DNA of 64,000 bases, from IMG/VR virus record IMGVR_UViG_3300020530_000006; one strand, given 5' to 3'. Every line of letters starts with the position of its first letter. Within the stretch, counting starts at the first letter, position 1. The translations under genes were made by a program, and so were the position numbers. Below are positions 1-10,475 of the stretch, piece by piece. Source of the stretch: a virus. A model generated the notes under the pieces. The model did not search any database and was not told where the DNA came from. It was given only the letters and a program-made list of their open reading frames with translations.

Positions 1-1
1 G

Positions 2-676
2 ACTGGTATAACGTATGCTATTATTGCTTGTTATATAGACAAAGGCATGAAATCAAAAGGCTCAAAATGTTTGATGGAGTTTAATAAAAAAAAATTATTA
101 GACTATCAAATAGGTAATATAATATCTGGACATAATAAAAAAATACCATATGAAATTATTATTATAACTAATTTTGAAACTCAAAAAATTCAAAAACACT
201 TCTCAGAAAAAGCAAAGATTATTGAACACAAAGAACTTGTTAATCCAATAGTTCAAATATCGGAAGAAGCCAAATATAAAAATATCTTTTTTATAGACTA
301 TGGTTGTGTATACTCAAAAGATATCATCAATAATTTAAAATTTGCTGATTCTTTTATCTTATCTATTAAAAATAAAGCCAGTAACGAATTAGATGTTGGA
401 ATTACAAAAGATAATACTGATATTATAACACATATGTTTTTTGGTTTAGAAGACTGCAAATTCACAAATATGTTTTATCTATCAGAATCAGACACAACTA
501 GAATATTAAAAAATATCAGCATCCACAGAAATAACTTATTATATTTTGAAATTATTAATTTTTTGGTAAATCAAGGTTCGTTAATAGCCACCAGACCGAT
601 AAATAAAAACCTATTCATCTTTTTTAATAATGCGAGACAAAAAAATGGAATTACAAAATTCATCAAAAATAATTGA
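2..676 (+). CDS. Nucleotidyltransferase-like (GT-A fold) protein, degenerate; probably 5'-truncated by the window edge
   Basis: Frame is open from base 2 (TGITYAIIACYIDKGMKSKGSKCL...LLDYQI), resembling the N-terminus of sugar/choline nucleotidyltransferases; later NIFFIDYG. Confidence 0.5.
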   Translation, partial: TGITYAIIACYIDKGMKSKGSKCLMEFNKKKLLDYQIGNIISGHNKKIPYEIIIITNFETQKIQKHFSEKAKIIEHKELVNPIVQISEEAKYKNIFFIDYGCVYSKDIINNLKFADSFILSIKNKASNELDVGITKDNTDIITHMFFGLEDCKFTNMFYLSESDTTRILKNISIHRNNLLYFEIINFLVNQGSLIATRPINKNLFIFFNNARQKNGITKFIKNN

Positions 677-1022
677 TATAAGTCTATATTATAAAACTAT
701 AGACGAAAATATTTTTAAAGAACAAGCATTTGTGGAACTTATAAACATGCTTGTAAAAAAAGAATTAATTTATAAGTATAAATACGCGTTCTATACTGAC
801 GCATATTTACTAAAAACTAATATTTATATACCAAATTTTCATACTATGTATTTGGCTAATGGCAGTCATAATGTGGTGATAAAAAATAGTGAGGATCTTT
901 GGCTTTTAGAAATATTTAATAATAATCGTTATTATGTTCTAGACGATCCAAATGATACTTTCGATTACGAAAGTCATGGGATTATAAAATTACGTCAACT
1001 AAAAGATATAGGGATAGAATAA
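630..1022 (+). CDS. Hypothetical protein
   Basis: ORF in a tightly packed + strand operon; start may be the ATG at 645. Confidence 0.6.
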   Translation: MRDKKMELQNSSKIIDISLYYKTIDENIFKEQAFVELINMLVKKELIYKYKYAFYTDAYLLKTNIYIPNFHTMYLANGSHNVVIKNSEDLWLLEIFNNNRYYVLDDPNDTFDYESHGIIKLRQLKDIGIE

Positions 1023-1023
1023 A

Positions 1024-1815
1024 ATGAATTATGAAAATTTATCCGATGAAAAAAAAACAGAGTTATTAAAAAAGCTATACATCAAAGAACAAAAATCATT
1101 TAAGCAAATTGCGGATGATTTAGGCTCCTATTCTAATAAGATTCGGAGAGATGCAAAAAAATTAAATATACCAATTAGAACAAAAAGCGAAGCTCAAAAA
1201 AATGCTTTAAGCAATGGTACGATAAAGCATCCGACCAAGGGTAAAAAAAGACCAGATGATGTCAAAGCTAAAATAGGTTTGTCTGTTATGCAAAGTTGGG
1301 AGAATCTGACCGAGCAAGAATTTAAACAAAGGCAAAAAAAAGCCAAAGACACATGGGAGTCCATGAGCGAAGATCAAAAAGAACGAATGGTAAAACTAGC
1401 CAATGAGGCTGTAAGATCGTCTAGTAAGACTGGGTCTAAGTTAGAAAAGTTTTTATTGGATAGTTTGATTAAAAATGGATATCGAGTAGAATTTCATAAA
1501 GAACAAAACTTACTGAATACAAAACTACAGATAGATATATTTTTACCAGAAATTAATACTGCTATAGAAGTTGATGGTCCGTCGCATTTCTTGCCAGTTT
1601 GGGGAGAAGAATCTTTAAAAAGAAACATCAAGTATGACAATAAAAAAACAGGACTTTTGCTCGGCAAAGGCTGTGCTATCATAAGAATAAAGCAAACCAA
1701 GGATTTCTCACCAGCACGAGCGAGTTTAATAGCACAATCAGTTCTAGACGAGCTTGCAAAAATAAAAAATAAATTTCCGGAACCCAATAATAGGACTATA
1801 GAAATAGGAGACTAA
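1024..1815 (+). CDS. Vsr/DUF559-like PD-(D/E)xK endonuclease with N-terminal HTH/NUMOD-like DNA-binding part (homing-endonuclease-like)
   Basis: SKLEKFL...QIDIFLPEINTAIEVDGPSH...YDNKK motif; basic helical N-terminus. Confidence 0.7.
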   Translation: MNYENLSDEKKTELLKKLYIKEQKSFKQIADDLGSYSNKIRRDAKKLNIPIRTKSEAQKNALSNGTIKHPTKGKKRPDDVKAKIGLSVMQSWENLTEQEFKQRQKKAKDTWESMSEDQKERMVKLANEAVRSSSKTGSKLEKFLLDSLIKNGYRVEFHKEQNLLNTKLQIDIFLPEINTAIEVDGPSHFLPVWGEESLKRNIKYDNKKTGLLLGKGCAIIRIKQTKDFSPARASLIAQSVLDELAKIKNKFPEPNNRTIEIGD

Positions 1816-1816
1816 A

Positions 1817-2578
1817 ATGATGGCAAGACCAAAAAAGAATTCTACAGAAACTACGGAGGTAGAGGCGGTGTGTTCGGAATCGACCAAAAACACAAATGAT
1901 ATGAATAAGCCTAATCAAAACGATATTGGTTGGACAGACTATGTTCTAGGATTGTTGTCTGATGACGAGAAAATAAGCGGCAACCCTACTACGGACGGAT
2001 TAAGGCGTGTCTTTGAAATAGCATTAAATTGTGCTGTTGTAGAATCTACTAGTAATGTTGTTCAAACCCCCGATATTAACAACGAAAAACGAGCAACTGT
2101 GGTTCATACCATAGGCTATATATTAAATAATTCCGACAGCAACAGCGATCCCATGCTTTTAAATATGAGGACTGTGAGCGGCGCTGCGGACGTTTATTGG
2201 GGTAATTGCGACAAGGTGTTTAGAAATCATCCGGTTGCCGTTGCCGAAACACGAGCCGAAGGACGAGCATTAAGACGAGCACTTAAACTACGCAAAGTAG
2301 TGGCTGCGGAAGAATTGGCCAAAGATATTGAGGACCATCCTGATCATGATACTGTAAATAAGATTACTAATAATCAGATTAATTTTATTGATGTTCTTAG
2401 TAAAAGACTAGATATCAATGTTAATAAGATGCTAGAAAAACTTGGATACGAAAGCAAGAATATCTATAATATAGAGCATGCAAATGCTATTGAAATTAGT
2501 AAACTATTATCGTCATATCAGCAAGATATTTCCGCAATCACTGAGGATATAAAAGGATATGACACAAACTGGAAGTAG
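1817..2578 (+). CDS. Putative ssDNA-annealing recombinase (Rad52/Sak-like)
   Basis: AVAETRAEGRALRRAL motif typical of Rad52-like phage annealing proteins; C-terminal ITNNQINFI helical domain. Confidence 0.5.
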   Translation: MMARPKKNSTETTEVEAVCSESTKNTNDMNKPNQNDIGWTDYVLGLLSDDEKISGNPTTDGLRRVFEIALNCAVVESTSNVVQTPDINNEKRATVVHTIGYILNNSDSNSDPMLLNMRTVSGAADVYWGNCDKVFRNHPVAVAETRAEGRALRRALKLRKVVAAEELAKDIEDHPDHDTVNKITNNQINFIDVLSKRLDINVNKMLEKLGYESKNIYNIEHANAIEISKLLSSYQQDISAITEDIKGYDTNWK

Positions 2579-2586
2579 GGTGTTAT

Positions 2587-2913
2587 ATGAAATTAAATTA
2601 CAAGGTTAGTGATAAACTACAATTTGAACTTGAGGGTGCTGGTCAAAAAGAAGTATTTAAGGAATTAGCTATTATTCAAGAAATTTTTGGCGAGAAAAAT
2701 TGTGGTTTGTGCGGTAAGGATAGTATCAGATTTGTGGTTCGTAATGTTGAAGATAATGATTATTATGAACTACGATGTGATTGTGGTGCTATACTAGCAT
2801 TTGGTCAGCATAAAAAGGGTGGCACTCTATTTCCAAAACGCAAAGATGATGAGGGTAACTATTTGCCAAATAAAGGCTGGCATAAATGGAATAAAGAAGT
2901 TAAGGATAGGTGA
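2587..2913 (+). CDS. Zn-ribbon protein
   Basis: CGLC...CDCG Cys pairs. Confidence 0.6.
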   Translation: MKLNYKVSDKLQFELEGAGQKEVFKELAIIQEIFGEKNCGLCGKDSIRFVVRNVEDNDYYELRCDCGAILAFGQHKKGGTLFPKRKDDEGNYLPNKGWHKWNKEVKDR

Positions 2914-3407
2914 TGAGTCCTCTTTATTTTAATAATGGAAAATTATTAATAGTTAATGGTAAGTTAGCAACTAACAGCAATTGCTGCTGCGGCGGCGGAT
3001 GCCCGCCGGGCTCAACGTGCTGTGGCTACTACCAATACAAGGTCGATTACTGCGAACAGGTTGGCGGCGAGTGGGTGCAAGCGTTCGGTTCAAACCCTGG
3101 AGATCCCTGCGAGTGCTGCAATGGCTTTGAAAGCAGAGTTTGGTTTGAGGGCGACCTAGGCTTTGGACTTATTCGCGTCCTTGAATGCCACCGGTACTGG
3201 TGCGGCGAGGAAGTAAGCGGAATCCCCGACTACTGTTGCGGCGACAACGTGACGCAAGAGCAATCAGACTTTTGCAGCCTGTGGTGGATGCGGCTGTCAG
3301 GTCAAATCCCATCGGACTTGGTTGACCCGGACGCCGTGTGTGCCTATGCCTCATCGTACCCCGCTGATGTCATACAGATTGGGTGCGTCGAGAACCCGTT
3401 GCCATGA
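2910..3407 (+). CDS. Cys-rich protein (possible virion/tail-tip accessory)
   Basis: Short N-terminal beta segment, then CCC and many Cys; start overlaps the upstream stop; the part after CCC is GC-rich. Confidence 0.6.
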   Translation: MMSPLYFNNGKLLIVNGKLATNSNCCCGGGCPPGSTCCGYYQYKVDYCEQVGGEWVQAFGSNPGDPCECCNGFESRVWFEGDLGFGLIRVLECHRYWCGEEVSGIPDYCCGDNVTQEQSDFCSLWWMRLSGQIPSDLVDPDAVCAYASSYPADVIQIGCVENPLP

Positions 3408-3847
3408 TCCGCTGCCACCTGCACCACCTAGAGGCCCGCTGCCGTCAGCGTGGCTACACGCTCGACGAGGTGCGGCCGTGCATCGTGAGTCAAGACGGCG
3501 ACACGATCACGGTTGACGAGACACATCCGGCTTACCCGAGTGTGCCGAAGCCGGGACTATCCTCTGAAACAAAGATTTCACCAAATCCACACACCCCTAT
3601 CTCTGGCGTCGGCACAGAATTAAAAAAACTTTTAGGTAAAATTGGAATCAAAGCAACTCCTAATTGCTCATGTAATAAAAAAGCATTACTAATGGATACT
3701 AATGGTATAGAGTGGTGCGAAAAGAATGTTGATACTATAGTTGGATGGTTAAGAGAAGAAGCGACCAAAAGAAAACTGCCCTTTATTGATATGGCAGGAA
3801 GAATATTAGTTAAACGAGCTATAGGTAATGCTAAGAAGCGGATATAA
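3404..3847 (+). CDS. Conserved-looking hypothetical protein with Cys motifs (two-domain, GC mosaic)
   Basis: ATG at 3404 overlaps the upstream TGA (ATGA coupling); GTELKKLL...CSC...EWC...LPF C-terminal domain. Confidence 0.6.
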   Translation: MIRCHLHHLEARCRQRGYTLDEVRPCIVSQDGDTITVDETHPAYPSVPKPGLSSETKISPNPHTPISGVGTELKKLLGKIGIKATPNCSCNKKALLMDTNGIEWCEKNVDTIVGWLREEATKRKLPFIDMAGRILVKRAIGNAKKRI

Positions 3848-4200
3848 ATTTAGAAGCAAAACCTTTAGCGGTACATCCTTCTAGGATAGAATACCCAGCA
3901 CTATTTGAAACTTTGATTGTTCTTCCTATAAGATCAATATCTCCTCCTGTTACTTTTTCTACACTAAGCCAAGCAAAACCGCTATTAATTTTGGTGATAG
4001 TACCAAAGGATGTGAGATCGAATTAGCAGGATGGCAACCTGACGATTGCCCTGGACATATAGCTAGTGTGCAATTAATTAAAAATTAATTTATAATAATA
4101 AATCACAAATAATAGATAATCTATGGTTACACATAGATAAAGGATCAGAAAAAATGACACCAGCAAGACAGTCTCTTATAGACTATATAGATAAATAATA

Positions 4201-7200
4201 TTATGGTGGTGGCGTTTCTTCTGGAGAAGCGCATTCAGTAAGTTCATAAATAGTCAAGCATCCATTACTGTCTAAGCCAAGCACTCCAGCACCACCTGAT
4301 CCTAATCCAGCTAAACATTCTTTAAGACCACAAACGTCCGGACATTCTGTTGGTGGAGTAGTTTCTGTAGTCGTTTCTGTAGTCGTTTCTGTAGTAGTAG
4401 TTGTGGTAGTTGTGGTAGTAGTTGGCGTTGTTTCAGTTGTTGTGGTTGTTGTTGTCGTAGTAGTAGAGCACAAACACTCATATGGTTCTTGATTAACAGC
4501 CGAGCTTTCTAAAACAATATATTTGCCATCATTAAAAGCTGCGTATACAACAGTTCCTTTACATAAATTTCTTCCTAGAAAATCTGATATTAAGATTGTA
4601 GAGGCAGTAATATCAGTCATTAAATTTTCGCCATTAGGACCATATATTCCATAATTTTCATAAAATGGACCGTCGTTACTATGAGGATTTAAAAGAATAG
4701 CGTCGGTAGAGCCATATGGTGACAAATCAGATAATAATTGAGCAACGATAATTCTGTCTGATGGTGGGCATACCCAAACACCACGATCTCGATCCCATCT
4801 TAAATCTATTGGACCAGCTGGCCATGTTTTGGGATTCTCTAACCAGTTGGTCATAAAGTTATTTTTGGTACCTTCTGACTTAAATGTTCCAGCCTCGGCC
4901 ATTGCTGGCGAATCTATAATATTTGGAATTGGTTTATTCTCAGTATCATATCCCCAAGATTGTAATACTAATGGACCACGCAAAGCAGCAAACCCATAAT
5001 CTTCTTCATTTTGTTTTTTAGTCTTGTCTTCTAATTCAGAAACTTTATCTCCAAATGCCACATATTGAATATTAAATCCTTCTGCTGAAACTCCCCTACC
5101 TCCCCAATCTTGCAGTAATTTCTTAGATAAAATAGGATTTAAAAATTTTTGATTAATAGGTATTCTTTCCGGATTTCCATTTTTGAAAATGGGAGGCATC
5201 GGTGGTCTACTTTTAGTCAATCTATTTTCAGATTCTTTTGTTCTATCTATTGCTGGAGTCATTGAACCTTTATACTCATTAGCAGAATCTAGATTATATT
5301 TCGAAAATCTGGCCAATCCACCACGAGTTCCACCAAGAGAAATAGGAGTTAAAAGACCATCCATAGACATAATAGCGATATTTTTAAAACCCGCGCCATT
5401 TACAGCATCCTCTATTTCATGTTTAGCATTTAATCCTATCTCATATAATTTCGATCTACTTGCGCTACCTGATGATGGACTTGATGTAGAAGGAGTTCCC
5501 TGTGTAACTTCACATTTGTCTTTAGCTTTTTTTTCTGTGGCCCAGCCGGTTCTGCTTCCATATCCACCACTAGTATTTGTATTAGTGTCTTTATCATAAA
5601 ATCCACCCATGAGTAAAAATCCAGGACTAGCGGCATGTTGCATACCTTGCTGTGGCAAATTTAGTTTATCTAATACTTTAGAAACCGCGGATAAAGCACC
5701 ATATATACCGCTAATCATCTTTCTTCTTTGGTCTTTAATTTTATCAAGAACCTGACTTCTTACAGTATTATTTTCTCTTACCAAAGAAGCTATTGCTTGT
5801 CCATAATCTGCGTATTTTTTAGAAAAGGTTTTAAATGAATAGCTTGTTGTCACACCTCCACTACCATTATAGTTTACATTAATATTATCTACAAAAATTC
5901 CAGCTTGTAAAAAGTATTGAACATTATATCCTGGAGGTTCTGCAAGAGTGAATGATCCATTTTCCGAGATATTAGATGTTCTAATTCCTTGAGACGCCAG
6001 GGCATTGCCCACAGTATATAGTCCTGACCAGCCGCCATAATTCCATGGATTAAGATCAGTAGCAACACTAACTTTTGTTGAGCCAATTGCTCCTCCACCA
6101 CCAACAAATGGACCATAAACATAAACATTGCTTTTCATTGGAACTACTGCATTTTCTATCGCTCCAGCAGCAAAATTCATTTCAAAAATATTAAATGATG
6201 TTACATCAGAGAATCCCTTGTCTCTCTTTATTAATTCATCATATTTATCTGTTCCAAAAAGAACAGCAAAAGCACGAAGTCCTTTATTTAATAAATAATT
6301 TTTTTCTTCTCCAAAATAAGGCAAGCATGCTACAGCACTTTCTGTTTGTATTAAAATTTCTGGAAAAGAAGTATTGGCATTGGTAAAAATAGGATTACCA
6401 GCAGCACTACATTTTAAATAAATTCTATCATTTTTTATAATATATGATGTAGAAGTCATTTCTCTTGGAGCTATTCTGAATTGAGTTTCTTTTCCTGCTA
6501 TAGTTTTTTTGCTACCTCCAAGACTAGAAAAATCAACAAATCCAGAAATTCTATTATCTGGCGTTTCAAATAAAACAGTATCTTGACCAACCACAAGACC
6601 TCTAATTCCTCCACTAAGTTGACCTTCGCTGGGATATCCTCCATCAGAAGGCACATCAGATAAATAATATTGGCCAGTATCACTATAAACAATGCTAGCA
6701 TTACTTCGTGGATATCTACAAAAATTATTCACAGGTATTATATATTTTTTAGCATAATATTCATCAATAAAAGATCTAAACCACTGATATGCCTGATCAT
6801 ATAAAGCATATTTTGCTGCTGAATTAGCTTTTGATGGAATCTTAGATAAACTATTCATTGCTTGTTTCCAATCTATAGTTTTGGAATCACGCTTGAATAG
6901 TACGTTATAAGCATCTATTACACTTTGACCAATACTATCGTTTAAACCAAGAGCCTTAATAATAGCTCCAGATAAGCCTTTTTTATTCATTGTTAAACCA
7001 TACATTAACCACATCTGTTGTGATCCAGAACATATGATTTCTTCTTCAGAAACATAATAATCATCAACACCCAAGTTTATTCCTATAGATTTTAGACTTC
7101 TAACATCCAAAACAAATGTAAAATTACTGTTATATATCCTTTGTGGATTGCCTTTGGAGTCATATCCCATAAACATAGCTATTGGTCTTCTAGAAGCTGA

Positions 7201-8121
7201 CACGTCTGCTAGGTATTGTACTTTATCTCCTATTATAACTTTATTACTAGGTTCGTATATTTCTTGAGATCCTTCTTCACTACTAATGAGCGTACCTGTT
7301 CCTTTAGCTGTACCTATTATATTTTGTATAACTCCTAAGCTTGGCTCTATAGATCTATCTATCAGCCAAACAACTATTGCCGAACCAACAAGCTCTACAA
7401 AATAATCACAAGCTACATCTTGACAGGCTTTATCTATTAGTCCAGACAAAGACTCGCTTTCACCGCTTAGTCTTGACCAAAAAGCTTTGCCTCTCACTGT
7501 CGATGCTAGGAGACTCATTTCTATTCTTAATGGATCTCCTGCGGTTGTATATACTGTTTGTCCTCCTAATGCTTCTAAAACCTTATATGTTTGTACTCCA
7601 TTCTCTGGACTATATCCCGATAATGCTGAATTACCGAAAGCATTGCAAGATCCAACCCTAGGCCAATTTTCAGAATCCTCTCCTGGCGGACAAACAGCAA
7701 CTCCTGGTTCTAAATTATCAAAAACATTTATAAAATTAGCTATTCCATTGATAGGACAGTAATAGTCTTTATACATAACAGTAACATTTTCAAGAATTCT
7801 TTTTGGATCAATAATTTTTATTTTAAAAATAAATCCTGAAGCTGTAATAGAGTATGTTGATTCATTAACAATGCCTCCAAAAACAAGAGCATTGCATTGA
7901 AATCTAACAGCTTTACCTACTGGTGGTAGAATTGTTGGAATAGTAGATACATTATTGCATCCACCGAATAAAAAAGATAATTCTAATGTGGAAGATCCTG
8001 ATCCAACACCTAAATTAAGAGAAAAGTCTTGTAATGTAACAGAGCCGCTTATGGCTGCTCCGCCACCATTTACATAAGTAAAACTAAAAGAGGCTGGTGC
8101 GGAAGTACATAGTGTTGACAT
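4201..8121 (-). CDS. Tail tip / baseplate hub-like protein with Thr-rich linker and Cys-rich C-terminus
   Basis: 1306 aa, last gene of the tail operon; beta-rich N-terminus; poly-Thr linker. Confidence 0.6.
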   Translation of the reverse strand: MSTLCTSAPASFSFTYVNGGGAAISGSVTLQDFSLNLGVGSGSSTLELSFLFGGCNNVSTIPTILPPVGKAVRFQCNALVFGGIVNESTYSITASGFIFKIKIIDPKRILENVTVMYKDYYCPINGIANFINVFDNLEPGVAVCPPGEDSENWPRVGSCNAFGNSALSGYSPENGVQTYKVLEALGGQTVYTTAGDPLRIEMSLLASTVRGKAFWSRLSGESESLSGLIDKACQDVACDYFVELVGSAIVVWLIDRSIEPSLGVIQNIIGTAKGTGTLISSEEGSQEIYEPSNKVIIGDKVQYLADVSASRRPIAMFMGYDSKGNPQRIYNSNFTFVLDVRSLKSIGINLGVDDYYVSEEEIICSGSQQMWLMYGLTMNKKGLSGAIIKALGLNDSIGQSVIDAYNVLFKRDSKTIDWKQAMNSLSKIPSKANSAAKYALYDQAYQWFRSFIDEYYAKKYIIPVNNFCRYPRSNASIVYSDTGQYYLSDVPSDGGYPSEGQLSGGIRGLVVGQDTVLFETPDNRISGFVDFSSLGGSKKTIAGKETQFRIAPREMTSTSYIIKNDRIYLKCSAAGNPIFTNANTSFPEILIQTESAVACLPYFGEEKNYLLNKGLRAFAVLFGTDKYDELIKRDKGFSDVTSFNIFEMNFAAGAIENAVVPMKSNVYVYGPFVGGGGAIGSTKVSVATDLNPWNYGGWSGLYTVGNALASQGIRTSNISENGSFTLAEPPGYNVQYFLQAGIFVDNINVNYNGSGGVTTSYSFKTFSKKYADYGQAIASLVRENNTVRSQVLDKIKDQRRKMISGIYGALSAVSKVLDKLNLPQQGMQHAASPGFLLMGGFYDKDTNTNTSGGYGSRTGWATEKKAKDKCEVTQGTPSTSSPSSGSASRSKLYEIGLNAKHEIEDAVNGAGFKNIAIMSMDGLLTPISLGGTRGGLARFSKYNLDSANEYKGSMTPAIDRTKESENRLTKSRPPMPPIFKNGNPERIPINQKFLNPILSKKLLQDWGGRGVSAEGFNIQYVAFGDKVSELEDKTKKQNEEDYGFAALRGPLVLQSWGYDTENKPIPNIIDSPAMAEAGTFKSEGTKNNFMTNWLENPKTWPAGPIDLRWDRDRGVWVCPPSDRIIVAQLLSDLSPYGSTDAILLNPHSNDGPFYENYGIYGPNGENLMTDITASTILISDFLGRNLCKGTVVYAAFNDGKYIVLESSAVNQEPYECLCSTTTTTTTTTTETTPTTTTTTTTTTTETTTETTTETTPPTECPDVCGLKECLAGLGSGGAGVLGLDSNGCLTIYELTECASPEETPPP
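4355..4470 (-). repeat. Poly-Thr / TTTE low-complexity coding repeat
   Basis: gtagtcgtttct and gtagtt tandem units encoding STTTTTTTTTETTPTTT...TTTETTTETTTETT. Confidence 0.85.
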
Positions 8122-8123
8122 TA

Positions 8124-10472
8124 TTATTTCCTTATAAATATCTTTTCATTATATGATACAAAGTCCAGGAAAACCTCCTCACCAGAATTGTTTTCTATAG
8201 TAACTTTCGTCTCATTCTGATATAGTCCTAAAGAATTAAGATTATCTTGATCTCCTATAATTGTATATACACCCGGAATCAAGTTTGCAAACTTTGTTGA
8301 CACACTAAAGGATTTTTTATAATTTTTTGGCCCATATATATAACATTTTATATTTTTACTTAAATTTATACTTATACTAGACGTATTAGTAGTATCTGAT
8401 GTTTGATCAACGACAACAAATGTTTGATCTAAAATACTTGTGGATAGAACCACCGGTTCTGATTCAATCAAGGGACTAGAAGGTAATTTTGTTTCTTCAA
8501 TTATAATAGGATCATAACCCAGGTAAACAAAAATATCTCCATATAAAAATTTATCTAATACTTGTGAATTATAGGACTGGATAGTTCTTTTAGCAGTAAG
8601 GAAGTGATCGTCGTAGGAAATTTGATTTGAGTTGTATCTTATATTTCTGGGAATATTATTATATAAGTCTTTGATTCTAATTATATAGAATCCATTTTGA
8701 ATATTTTGTACAGATGTGACATTTTTTATAATCTGTTGTCCTTTATATAAGGAGAACAATGATTCCGACCCTTGATCTATGTAGAAATAGTCTATATTGT
8801 ATATATTTTCTGTTATTGTATTGTCTGGATTTTCGAATGCGTTATTACCAATAATATTAAAATTAATAAGACTCGTATATTCAACATTCTCTTTGTTATA
8901 TAAAGAAATATTATTTATGTTATTAAAATTATTGATTGTTTTTAAAATATTTTTAATATTAATAATGTATAAATATTCATCTTTAGATATAGCGCAGTAT
9001 GTTGCGTTAACGTTGACATTTTCATTCAGAATATTGAACTGTTCTAGAAAATTAATAACTGTAACGGCACCAATTTCGTAGGTGTTTATTTGAGTAATTT
9101 TTTTAATATTCTCAAGATAATATTCTGTATTGTCTAAGTCTATATCTCCAATTATTATATTTATATTTCCACCATTATAAAATTCTGGATATTCTAAACC
9201 ATTAAGAATAAAACTACCTCTAACTAAACTAATATTTTCTGGATCTAGATTACCATGTTTGTCTAGTCCAAGAGTAACGTCGAAAGATTGATCTTTATCA
9301 ACAAATTTAATTTCAGAATTCATAAATTCAGGATTATTATTTAGATTGATTGAAGGAGCTATATAGAAATAGTAAAACCAATTATCTGAATTATTGTCTA
9401 GTCTTAAAATTTCTATTTTTTCATCTCCAATACAATATTTATTTAGCAAGTTTTTAACTATGGAATATTCATAAATTTGTCCATCGATAGATAAATTAAT
9501 ACTATCCTTAGTTTTTTTGTCTTTGATTTTTTGCCAAACCTCAGAATTAGAAACGATTAATTTGTATGGAACTAGAATAGTATTAAAAATAGGTATTGGT
9601 TCTCTATATATATAAATTTGATTATCTTCATTGTTTGCTTCTATCTGAAGATTAACAGATATCTCGTTGATATTTGGTAAAACAATACTAGTTTGAGTGG
9701 AACATCCATAATCATTGCTAACCGTTAGGTCGTATGTTCCTGGAGTTAATAAATCATTAAATATATATACATAATTATTTTCGTTTATATTATCTAAATA
9801 TTTAGTTTCTAATGGATGAACATATATCTTTTCTTCTGTAGTAGTATTGGAAAAAATAAAAGAAAATGGACCATATCCATTAACATTACACTCTAGATAA
9901 ACATAACTATCTAATAATTTAGGAGGTAATGTTCTAGTAACAGAAAACACAATTCTACTATCTTTAATTTCAATTGTTCGTGGCCAACGATAAGAACATC
10001 CAGCGCTATCAGATAATAATACTGTATATTCTCCATGAACTATATCGTTAAATCTTATATTATTTGTTTCTGTTGTTGTAGATTGAGAATCAATTGAGCA
10101 AAAATAGGGTGGGGTTCCACCACTTATTTCAAGATATATATAGCCATTATTATTTTCACACGCATATTCTGAATATTTTAATTCTGTTATGGATAACTCT
10201 GGAGGAGATGTTATAGTTACAGAGTATACGTCTCCTTCAGCATCTGATGATGTGCTTACAACTTTGAATGTGTATGTGCCGTTAGATAAATTTGTTGCTA
10301 TAAATCCATCATTAGATATAAAAGAGCTTTCAGAAAAATTGCCACCCCATTGTATGACATAGTTTTCATAAGCGCTTGTTTCGGACTCATCGAATTCTAT
10401 ATTTTCAATAAATATACTAGCAATATTATTATCAAAACAAGTATTGTTGATTGTCGAATATATTATTTCCAT
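8124..10472 (-). CDS. Virion protein with Ig-like/SprB-type repeats
   Basis: NLSNGTYTFKV, ISGGTPPY, LTPGTYDLTVS..GC, NLIPGVYTI motifs. Confidence 0.6.
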   Translation of the reverse strand: MEIIYSTINNTCFDNNIASIFIENIEFDESETSAYENYVIQWGGNFSESSFISNDGFIATNLSNGTYTFKVVSTSSDAEGDVYSVTITSPPELSITELKYSEYACENNNGYIYLEISGGTPPYFCSIDSQSTTTETNNIRFNDIVHGEYTVLLSDSAGCSYRWPRTIEIKDSRIVFSVTRTLPPKLLDSYVYLECNVNGYGPFSFIFSNTTTEEKIYVHPLETKYLDNINENNYVYIFNDLLTPGTYDLTVSNDYGCSTQTSIVLPNINEISVNLQIEANNEDNQIYIYREPIPIFNTILVPYKLIVSNSEVWQKIKDKKTKDSINLSIDGQIYEYSIVKNLLNKYCIGDEKIEILRLDNNSDNWFYYFYIAPSINLNNNPEFMNSEIKFVDKDQSFDVTLGLDKHGNLDPENISLVRGSFILNGLEYPEFYNGGNINIIIGDIDLDNTEYYLENIKKITQINTYEIGAVTVINFLEQFNILNENVNVNATYCAISKDEYLYIINIKNILKTINNFNNINNISLYNKENVEYTSLINFNIIGNNAFENPDNTITENIYNIDYFYIDQGSESLFSLYKGQQIIKNVTSVQNIQNGFYIIRIKDLYNNIPRNIRYNSNQISYDDHFLTAKRTIQSYNSQVLDKFLYGDIFVYLGYDPIIIEETKLPSSPLIESEPVVLSTSILDQTFVVVDQTSDTTNTSSISINLSKNIKCYIYGPKNYKKSFSVSTKFANLIPGVYTIIGDQDNLNSLGLYQNETKVTIENNSGEEVFLDFVSYNEKIFIRK

Positions 10473-10475
10473 ACA

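Noticed and set aside
3848-4200. Start-less open frames in the convergent intergenic gap (e.g. + 3909-4088, ...KGCEIELAGWQPDDCPGH...)
   Set aside because: No clear start or RBS; may be a gene remnant but cannot be supported
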